This document shows positions 1 to 8,768 of a DNA stretch of 20,000 nucleotides, in pieces. Position numbers and translations under genes: made by a program. The notes under the pieces are model-generated. The model ran no database searches. It saw nothing but the letters and a program-made list of their open reading frames with translations, and was not told the origin of the DNA. The DNA is from Trypethelium eluteriae. Lineage: Eukaryota. The DNA lies in assembly GCA_051942245.1 (NCBI GenBank), contig JAVECL010000046.1:56357-76356 (forward strand), read 5' to 3'. Every line of letters begins with the position of its first letter. The stretch's first letter is position 1.

Positions 1-981
1 TTAAGTGTTGCAATTACGACGTAATTAGGTGGACGGACAGTGCAGTTATCTTCGGAAGATGTCAGCCGCGAAAATGACAAGATATGCAATGTGCATGCGG
101 GAAATCTCACCCCCCGGATATGGCTTGATCTGCCAGCTGTGTGACGGTGGCAAGCAAATGCAGACATGTGTCAATACGCACGCAAGCCAAGTGCAAACCG
201 TGAAAGCACTCATGCCCATGACGAGTCGCTCCTGCTGCCAAACTCCGGATCTAGATGCCCAATGTTAATTGCGCTCGGTCAATATCAAAACGGGAGCGGA
301 TCGTACCCCATCTTAGCGTACAGACTCAAGAGGACTCCTTTCAAACACCAAATGAAGCAAAGATACCAGATCCAGTTCATGAATGCCAACTTGGAACCCA
401 AGACCAGGCTTGGGATTTTGCTCTCGGGTACTTCCATGGCGGTCTGATCATTCAAGCCGATGTTGTTGCCGTATTTCTCTGTCATATCAAAAATGAGTCA
501 TGTATTCTAAACATTGTAGGCCACCATTCCCTTCCGAAGGGCCTATGGTGAGGGTTGAAAAGGCAACATGCTGGGGCTACATTCGTCGCGATGACCATGA
601 TATGGTGTAGATTTCGCAGAACGGCACAAACTCAAAGCCAGACGGGAAAATAAGAAATGTGCAGAAAAATGGAAGTAGTTGCAACAAGTTGGAAGTCTTC
701 CGGGTGTCCGAGAAAAGGCAGGAAGGTGTACCTACCGAGTAGATAGATCCCGGCTGTTGTAAGTGAATAGAAGATCTAGACCACAATGTCAGATACTTCG
801 ATATTTGGAACCAGAGCTTGTTTCGGTGGACGGCGCTTACCATGGCCAGCCCAGCAAACAGGTCACCCAGCCCAAGGTTGCGGATACCAGCAACCTTAAC
901 TCGAGCATAGAAGCGAAGAAGCAAGAAGCTCATAGCAACGGCATACTCGCCGAAGGTCTCCCCAAGCAATGAATAGGCCAT
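1..981 (-). CDS. PTH11-like (non-CFEM) rhodopsin-domain/SAT4-family integral membrane protein, 3' end outside window; exons 981-841, 775-736, 478-307, 250-111, 49-<1
   Basis: Manual splicing (introns 840-776 GTAAGC..CTGAC..TAG; 735-479 GTAGGT..CAG; 306-251 GTACGA..TTAAC..TAG; 110-50 GTGAGA..CTGAC..AAG) gives one open frame: MAYSLLGETFGEYAVAMSFLLLRFYARVKVAGIRNLGLGDLFAGLAM-IFYSLTTAGIYLL-EKYGNNIGL...GSKLAFMNWIWYLCFIWCLKGVLLSLYAKM-GSGVWQQERLV...CLPPSHSWQIKPYPG-DNCTVRPPNYVVIATLN. The LRFYAR, W-x-LK and C-x-P..W..P.PG..C motifs and multiple hydrophobic helices are typical of this family. Confidence 0.88.
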
Positions 982-1404
982 GGTGGACGAAGAATCTTCT
1001 CGGCCTGAGAGACTGGTTTCGAACGGAGGGTAGAGAGGTAACGAAGAGCGAAATCAAAGGGAGAGGATCTAGGGATTAAATTTTAACATGCCCCCTGTAA
1101 CGACTGACAGGTCCCTCAATCCACGATTTTCACGGAGTTGAGAGACCCAAGAAAGATTGGCGGCAGTGGGATGCATCCTTAGTGCATGGAGAAAGCTACA
1201 TCTCTTACCCAAAGCGTCGAACTTCCAAAGGGTCCTTTCCCTATGGAATCGGGAAGGCTCGTGGGAGCGGTTGTCAATCCAGGTTCCTGACGATAATTGG
1301 GAATGATTTGCACCTGGTCTGAGCCATAGTGATAGCTGTCACACCTCCTCGCATCGCTATGCCGGGTGAAATCCCTTCAATGCCGGTGTTTGCGGGATAG
1401 AAAA

Positions 1405-1428
1405 GATACCAGGATACCAGGATACCTG
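1405..1428. repeat. 8-bp tandem repeat (GATACCAG)x3, last copy imperfect
   Basis: gataccag gataccag gatacctg read directly. Confidence 0.9.
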
Positions 1429-2242
1429 GCTTGGACGTTGAAGCTGTTTAGGGTTGCGGAACGTGCACAACTTCGCTACTGGATGACGTTGACCCAAGTA
1501 CCCAGGCCCTTGACTTTCTTGACCCGATACCACGATCCGTGCATACACGACCTCATGATCTTGCGGGCTCGCCGAATGTAGCATCACGACGCTCAGCATT
1601 CCCGGACTTTGGGAAGATGAGATCAAGATTCAACATGGGAATTGCTGGTGCTGGGCCTTGGGTACTATTCAGATCTAAGTCTGTGGTAGATTCACAGAAG
1701 GCTATTATGGTAGATAACATCAAATATCCCAAATCGGTGGCATCTGATACATCTCTCCCTGCTTGGGAAGGGTCCGTCTCTCGGCGGAGAGCCTTGTTAC
1801 TCACACAGAGCATTGCGCGGGAGACATGTGGAAATGCCCTTGTATGAACAGGCTTCGCAGCACGAAGGCAGCGGGTGCGGAACAGAAGAGTTCAGAAGAA
1901 GGTGGCGTATGGAGCATGATGTGAAGTTCAGGACAGCGGCACTCTGCACAACCACGTCCGTTAGCGGGGCGCACGGGAGAGGCGTCGAATTGAAAACGCC
2001 CACCACGCCACCACGCCGTTAACGCTTGGCGGGTGTGGGGACGGGCCGGGGCTTGCCGGTCATCCACCGACGCGGTGGGTGCAGTGGACGCGGTCGCGGT
2101 GGACGCCGTAAATAAAGTTCTCATTAACCCGATTGGCTTCAGCCTCTCTACTAAAAATTTTCGCTGCGGTACTGGGAGGCGTCCTCTTCCTGGATTCCAA
2201 GCCGTCCCGTCTTATTTCCCAAGCTGGAAATGCGTGTACAGA

Positions 2243-2704
2243 GCACTCTAGTAGCAGCAGCATAGCACCATAGAGTGCCTAGCAAGCTAGGCGTCCCGGG
2301 ACTTCTAACGAGTCAAATGACATGTCTGCCGAAGGAGTCCACCGAGCATTTCGTCCGAAAAAAGTGGATATCAGCCCCTTCGGCTACATAACCAGCACTG
2401 CGCCACTGATTCAGAGCCTCAGAAAGATCGCCATTGGGTTTTGCGGAAGACCCTGACTCTGGTTGCTGAGGTTATGAACAAACTTGAGGCCATAATCTGC
2501 GCGTCCGGTTTGCCGAGGTCGCTGCCAAGAGGGCATTTGCAGAAGGATGCTACTAAACTACCACTACTTCTGCACCGTCGATTACCTAGCAGAATTTGAG
2601 CGTTCGCTTCCAGTTCCTTGGGTCTCCAATGAGATCCTTCGTGAGGCTAGTGTTAGAATCCGCTGTTATAGGTAGCCTCCGCTATGGTGCTATGGTGCTA
2701 TGGT
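2243..2704. repeat. Degenerate inverted repeat with palindrome-rich arms (possible old MITE relic)
   Basis: AGCAGCATAGCACCATAG (2256-2273) matches the reverse complement of CTATGGTGCTATGGTGCT (2682-2699) at 17/18. A further inner TTCTAAC/GTTAGAA match exists. Local hairpins: GCACTCTA/TAGAGTGC, CCTAGC/GCTAGG, GAGGCTA/TAGCCTC. (GCTATGGT)x3 at 2681-2704. Confidence 0.5.
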
Positions 2705-3142
2705 CGCCGGCAAGCATGCCACATGCAGGAACGTTGAAGCATTCACAATTGCCTGAGTCGCGGTCGTGGCCAAGGTGTAAGGTCTCCGCTGCCCGACTCC
2801 ACTTCTTGCCAACTTGAATCACGCCGGCCCCACGCCGGTGCAACGGTAGTGACATCAGGCCTTGGTTTTACCGAGTTTGTCCCCAAGCAACGGCTGCGAT
2901 GGAGATTGCTACTCAAACAGTCAGACCATCTGTTTAGCAAAAGACGTCAACAGTTTCTTTTCCCTCGCGGCCACCCGGCTCCCGAATTGCTCCTTCCCTT
3001 GTGCACAACGTCAGCGGTTCTCGCAGACAATGGTCAGTCGTATTCGAGACTCCAATCTATACCATCACTGTCCTGGTATGCGGAATCGGAAATTTTGCAG
3101 TTGATGATCTTACACCCTGCTTGACTGCAGACCATACTCAAA

Positions 3143-4143
3143 ATGGTCGTCACGCAGAAAGTTGCGATCGTGACCGGAGCTACTGTGAGCTTGAATACCT
3201 CTCAATTCCTAGCCGTCTGCCCGCATTCAACGGTAGACTGATCATGTGTATGGCTCGTACAGTCTGGAATGGGCATTGACCTCGCGAAGCACTTGTACGC
3301 CCAAGGATACAGGGTTGCCATTGTCGGTCGCAAGCAAGCAGCAGGCGACGCTGTGGTGCGAGAGATTGGGGACGACAATGCGCGCTTCTTTCCTGCCAAT
3401 CTCGAGAATTATGCCAGTCAAGCTGCCATGTTCCAAGCCGTCTGGAATACCTGGGGTCGCATCGATGTGCTCTGTGCAAACGCTGGTATCGTGGACAAAA
3501 GCAGTGTATATATCTACAGTTGGCGTGAGAAGGGTGTGCACGAGATTCCACCAGAACCGGATCTCCAGTGTACCGATATCGACTACAAAGGCGTCATCTA
3601 CGGCACCCAACTCGCGACGCATTTCATGCGACATAACAAACCGCAACCAGGAGGTCGTATCGTGGTCAACGCAAGCATTGGAGCGTTATTCCCTCACCAG
3701 TCCTATCCGGAATATTGCGGCGCGAAAGCTGCGGTCGTCCAATTTGTAAGAGGCGTGGCTCCAATGTTGAAATCGAAGGAAAATATCTTCATCAATGTCG
3801 TAATGCCCGGGGCGGTCCAAACTCCAATCGTGCCTCCTGAAATGATGGCAGCAGTGTCTGCAGAGTGGTATGTCTACTTCACTCAGTCGTTTGAGGAACT
3901 TACTAACATGATATCAACAGTGTGACCCCTATATCAACGGTGATTGCTGCCCACGATAGGTTTCTTGAAGATGAAACGGGTGCTGCTGGTCAAGCACTGG
4001 AGGCATCTTCAGACCAACTCATATATTACGATCCGCCGGAAATGGGAAACGGCTACAAAACGAAACGGGCTGTCACGGTCTGGGAGCCGCTGTTCAAGAT
4101 GATGCACGGTGAGAATTCGGAGATGCCGGATGCGATCCCATGA
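3143..4143 (+). CDS. Classical short-chain dehydrogenase/reductase (15-hydroxyprostaglandin dehydrogenase-like fungal group), 289 aa; join(3143..3184,3263..3867,3921..4143)
   Basis: Introns 3185-3262 (GTGAGC..CTGAT..CAG) and 3868-3920 (GTATGT..CTAAC..CAG) give an 870-nt frame. Motifs: KVAIVTGATSGMG (TGxxxGxG), ANAGI, NAS (Ser), YCGAK (YxxxK), PGAVQT. Confidence 0.95.
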
Positions 4144-4316
4144 AATGCTATTCGAAAATTGTTTGCTTCCTTCATTCTGCTGGCAATTGGAGTACTAAAG
4201 TGTGCATTGTAGTTCTGCATGACATTGCGGTTAGAGAAACGAAAGAATAACGACAGTCCACATACCATTTGTATTGGGCAATGAGCTAGGTAGTCCGCTG
4301 GCTCCTTAGGTAGAAC

Positions 4317-5286
4317 TCAGTTTTTTATCACACCACCTTTCTGTTTCTCTACACTGGTAGCCTCCATGAGTTCTCTCATCGCATCGTCACAAAACTCGAT
4401 CGGTGTCCGGATGTAGTAATTCGTTAAGCATATCTCAACCGTGACTCCATACGTCTTTTCCGCAGCAACTTTTTTATCGTTTGCATCGCACAGTCCTTCT
4501 CCATCAACCAAGAGAAGAACGACTTTGCAAACCATCTCCATAGGGGTGAATGAATGTTTAGGGAAATTATCCCAGCCACCTTCACCTACGAGGTTTGTCT
4601 CTACCACACCTGGGCAAATAGCATTGACGCGGATTCCATCAAGGTGGAAATGGGTTGCAATCGAACGCACAAATCCAACTACACCATCTGTCATGTCATC
4701 AGAACGGGAATTCATGGCGAGGACGCACTCAACTCACGCTTCGCAGCTGTGTACATTGGGGAGAAATCGGCAGGGTAAAAAGATCCACAGCTCGCCGTCA
4801 TGATCAAATTGGCCCCTTCGCCCTTGTGAGGAGATTTGCGAAAATAGTGCAGTGCAAGATAGCTGGTCAGAATGACGCCCTTCAGATCCACATCGATGCT
4901 GAGGAGATCTGGATCCGGTGGGGGCTCATCAATCTCGGGATGCTGTGCATAGAAATCCGCCTGTTCAATCACACCAGCATTTGCAAAGACAAAGTCTAGA
5001 CATCTTCCGGACGAATTGAAGATCGTCTGAAATGCTGATGCTAATGCACCGTAATTGTAGACGTTTGCCGCGTGAAAAGTCGAGTTGGATAGAGTCGTTG
5101 CGACTTTCTCTCCGATTTTCGCGTTAATGTCAATGATATGGAGGATCCATCCTCCACGGTCTGCAAGAGCTCTCGCAACTGCAAGACCCATCCCACTGGC
5201 TTAGACGATTTAGCAGCTTGCGCAGAACGATTGAACGACTTTTCTTTCCGCTTACCACCTCCCGTAATCACAGCCACTTTACTCAT
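4317..5286 (-). CDS. Classical short-chain dehydrogenase/reductase, paralog of the convergent neighbour, 287 aa; exons 5286-5256, 5199-4738, 4687-4317
   Basis: Introns 5255-5200 (GTAAGC..AAG) and 4737-4688 (GTGAGT..CTGAT..CAG) give an 864-nt frame. Motifs: KVAVITGGASGMG, IIDIN, ANAGV, TAS, YTAAKHGVVGF, IRVNAICPGVVET. Confidence 0.95.
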
Positions 5287-6249
5287 TTTTTACGACAAAG
5301 TGTTACTTGTTACCTTTTGCCTCGACACGAAAGTCACGACTCGCTGAAAGAAGGTCCAGCCTTAGTGCGATCGATATTGATACCTTTCCAGACCTATACG
5401 TAAGGAGTCGGCGTTCCTCCACTGGTCTTCTCAAGTTCAGAGCCAATGATATGGGCGACGACCCACTCTCCTATCTTGCGTACGAATAAGGTGATCTTTC
5501 TTCGGACACGGCCTTATCAACTGACAACGGCATCTCCTCCGTTGGTAAGCTACTTCTGTACTTGGCACCACCGAAGGACGGAGATGGGCTGTCACAACTG
5601 AGACGACGGCCTCCCCCCTCAGCCAAAATTTGCACATCATTAGCGGTGGGTACCTTGATTGATCGACGCATGCGGAGCGCATTAGTTAGGCCCCCCAGGG
5701 TCTGTGAGGTCGTTGCCTGTCTTAGAAGCGAAGTGTCAGCGTTGCCATGTTAGGAGTTTGTCATTTGGGCCTTCCGGTAAGCACCTTCGGCATTGGCGAG
5801 AGTATCGTCCTTTGGCATTCGAGGAGAAGAAACGGTAATATACTTCTCTCTAAGGAGGAGGTACAGCGTTGTTGTGCCGCAGGCATTAGAAGCTCAGACA
5901 AACACGCGAAGAGGGGTTCATACCGCCACCTACTCTAACGGCGCCGAGGGTTTCCGATCCCTTCTCAAATCCAAGAACTTGTACGGAGTAATTAGCATGA
6001 ACTGTCAGCCCACAACATTCCCAGTCGACTTTGGCTCATGACTTCCATGACTGCCACTACAGACCTAAGGATTTTTCCCACAACTCACGAGAAGTACTAG
6101 CCACCATCTGATTGAACAAGACAACATCAACTCTTGAGCGTTTTACATGTACCCACCTAAGGCATTGAACACTTCTGGAATACCAAACAACCCCTCCACA
6201 GCTTCTGACGATAAATTATGCATTCCAGCACGCCGTTCGACATCGTCTC

Positions 6250-6504
6250 TACGTCCGACTAGAAGATGTCTGAATTCGACATGGACCACCACACCCCAAA
6301 ACCTCTCATCTCAGCCAATTTAATATTTTACCATTTGCTCATTTTGCCATTCGCTCTGCGAACTTCGAGCAGCCTTTTACAGTAGCTATTGTGACACCAA
6401 GGATAAGTAATATGAGAAGCGTTGGAGGTGCAGAAGCGTGAGGACATTGTTATTATATGTTGTTGGTCTGTGTGTCAAATTCGGACATCTCCTAGTCGGA
6501 CGTA
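6250..6504. mobile_element. Non-autonomous TIR element (MITE), probably Tc1/mariner-pogo (Fot1-like) derived; element 6252-6502 flanked by TA
   Basis: Left arm CTCTACGTCCGACTAGAAGATGTCTGAATTCGACATGGACCA (6247-6288) and right arm TGGTCTGTGTGTCAAATTCGGACATCTCCTAGTCGGACGTAGAG (6464-6507) are inverted repeats. The outer 16 bp are perfect and the next mismatches are transitions. TA lies at 6250-6251 and 6503-6504. No transposase ORF. Confidence 0.8.
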
Positions 6505-6743
6505 GAGGTATCGTTCCTCTCTCACAAGTACTCCGTACTCACATCACTTTCACCGAGCCTTCGACTCTGGTCGCGGTCAGCATGCAATGCCTTTGTGCAC
6601 CTCCATCAACATTGATGCCTCATCCAGTGTCACGAGCATGGGATGCGTAGTTTTTCGCCAATGCATCCAAACAATACGCTACATACCTACGTACTCCATG
6701 ATCCCATCTGCTGTTCCTGACTATACTCTCCCATTCGCGTCTC

Positions 6744-6767
6744 ATTGCCCCGTTGCCCCATTGCCCC
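6744..6767. repeat. 8-bp tandem repeat (RTTGCCCC)x3
   Basis: attgcccc gttgcccc attgcccc read directly. Confidence 0.9.
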
Positions 6768-7374
6768 ACATTCCACTCCCACAACGACACTTTTGAACAT
6801 CTGACGGATGGTAAATCAAGGCCAATTCCCTCCGTTGGCGGCATCAGCGTTGATCCACACTGCTTAATTTACGGTGCGACTTGCGCGCGTTTCGTCATCC
6901 GATCGTTCTTCCACTATCAGCCTAGCTCGCACCTGATGGGTTTGATGTGCGTACCGACTGGTAGAGCGACCTGTGATTTTGTAGGTCGAGAAAGGAGGAG
7001 GTGCCGCGATGCTCACGTCGACGGCGCTGTTGCAGATGAGTAGTAGGAGTGGGAGTCTGAATGAGGCAGCAGTGCAGGATAAGCGTAAGAGTATGCGTAG
7101 TCTGTAGATTGCGGCGGGAGCGACTGTGTCGGGGACGTGATCGGCTGGAAATGGATGGATTGAGGCGTGTTCTTAAGGCTGGAGAGAAACGAAGGAGATT
7201 AATTCCTCTGCATTGGGCCTCTTCATGATGAGGTTTTCGGTAGCTCGTGATTGCTGCTCTGCTGAAATGAATGAATGTAAGAAGTGCCCTGAATCTCAAT
7301 ACCACCACTTCCTCCTTTCGTACACAGTTCAACCTTACTAAAATGACCTTCTTCCTATTGACAGTCTCGGGAGC

Positions 7375-8409
7375 TCATGAGCTCTGCTCTGTTGGAATGA
7401 ATGGGTTTAGAAGACCCCTCAAATGCAACGCCATCTTGCGTCCTCCTTCAATACTTGGCTCTACCCTCGCAATGTAATCTTCTGCCCTCCTGCCATTCAT
7501 TACATCATATAGGGCACAAGGCACAACTTTCGTGCCAGGGATATCGATCCGTGCTGTTGCAAGCTGATATAACCTGATGATAGCAGTCTGCAATTGTGTG
7601 GGCGATCCTTCGTATCCCAGCAACTTCAACGGCAGATCCGCCCAACCCCTCTGATTCGATGCACTTGCTTCCAGCGGAAAATAGATCATGCATACAAGAA
7701 TGACTCGAGGTTTCTGTTTCTCGACTATTCTGGAGATGTATTTTTCGACCTCATCTTTGAATAATCGAGTAAAGTACCGCAGCACTCCTGCTTTTCCTTG
7801 CCTCAAAGATCGACCAGACGTCAACCACGCCAATCTCAGCAGATGCAGCTTAGTCTTCAATGTCGGTTTGTAAGCAATGTCATTACCGCCTACGGATACA
7901 ACGAGAAAATCTTCAGCGCGAATGTGATCGCGGATAAACTTGTCGTGGTCCAGAAGGCCGCCCAATCGCTCGCGTAGCAAGGATTCTTCAACAGCAAGGT
8001 TTAGTGTCGTGGCGCGTTCGCCAAAGAAATGATTCAGCCAGAAGGCGACATCAGGTCTCAGATGTGGCCGCTCAAGAACAGAGTCGTAGATATTAGGTAT
8101 GGAAACGGGGAGGGGTTTGCCACCCGGGCCATTAGATCGGACCCAGGCTTTATTGTCCAGAGAAGAATCGCCGGCCAGATAGATGATGGGCTTGTTAGGT
8201 CTCAGTGAAAGCGTCGTGGAGTGGAAAGTTGAGACATCAGAAATTGGATGCCCTTTCCATTCCAAGTAGAAGCGAAATGGGTCTATCTTTCCATTCGTGC
8301 ATGGCGGCGTGTCATTGGCCATTCTCGCGATGAAACTATTAAGAAAAACGACGGCAACGATGAAGACGATGAAAACGATGAGATATTGTGAGGAGCTAAG
8401 TATTCGCAT
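7375..8409 (-). CDS. SGNH/GDSL-hydrolase-fold protein, intronless, 344 aa (alternative start Met30 at 8322)
   Basis: Long ORF with block I IYLAGDSSLDNK and block III VVSVGGNDI. The block V position reads DYIARVEPSIEGG. The N-terminal segment is hydrophobic. Confidence 0.85.
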   Translation of the reverse strand: MRILSSSQYLIVFIVFIVAVVFLNSFIARMANDTPPCTNGKIDPFRFYLEWKGHPISDVSTFHSTTLSLRPNKPIIYLAGDSSLDNKAWVRSNGPGGKPLPVSIPNIYDSVLERPHLRPDVAFWLNHFFGERATTLNLAVEESLLRERLGGLLDHDKFIRDHIRAEDFLVVSVGGNDIAYKPTLKTKLHLLRLAWLTSGRSLRQGKAGVLRYFTRLFKDEVEKYISRIVEKQKPRVILVCMIYFPLEASASNQRGWADLPLKLLGYEGSPTQLQTAIIRLYQLATARIDIPGTKVVPCALYDVMNGRRAEDYIARVEPSIEGGRKMALHLRGLLNPFIPTEQSS

Positions 8410-8768
8410 GCACTAATACTTCATCCGATACAGCCAACCTATGGAGGTTAGAGAAAAGATATTCAGAGTAAGGACTGTGAATGAAAGAAGGTTCAATTGA
8501 ACTTGTCGCCCCGGACTACCACCGTACTCTATGGCCTGTGCCCTCTTGTCATCCGTTCCTTCCAGCTCATAACGGAATACTCAGTTTACACTACAGCAGC
8601 GAGCACCATACGAGAGAAGCAAGCCCACTCAGGTAGCTACGCGTTCTGTTCAACAAGTCTTTGTCGGAGGCGGACATCGCTTTAAACCAAAGTTGTCCAC
8701 CCCCACTTCACCCCACTCCACCCCGCCATCCCAGAACAACAGGACACTCTGGCTCCCGTGTTGAGAAC
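8410..8768. promoter_or_regulatory. Short divergent (putative bidirectional) promoter between the SGNH and GH2 genes
   Basis: Only 359 bp separate the two first ATGs of head-to-head genes. No specific binding site was identified. Confidence 0.5.

Noticed and set aside
479..735. TPP riboswitch or stwintron in the long intron
   Set aside because: No TPP aptamer core motifs were seen, and no convincing internal donor/acceptor pair regenerates an external donor.
1357..3124. Short ORFs between the PTH11-like gene and the first SDR
   Set aside because: Mostly non-ATG starts, overlapping on both strands, with no motifs.
6830..7332. Small spliced gene on the minus strand (GTGAGC donor, CACAG acceptor)
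   Set aside because: No upstream in-frame ATG, weak branch site and no recognisable protein.
8661..8768. TTG-initiated N-terminal extension of GH2
   Set aside because: Low-complexity Pro/His text derived from a C-rich leader; non-ATG start.
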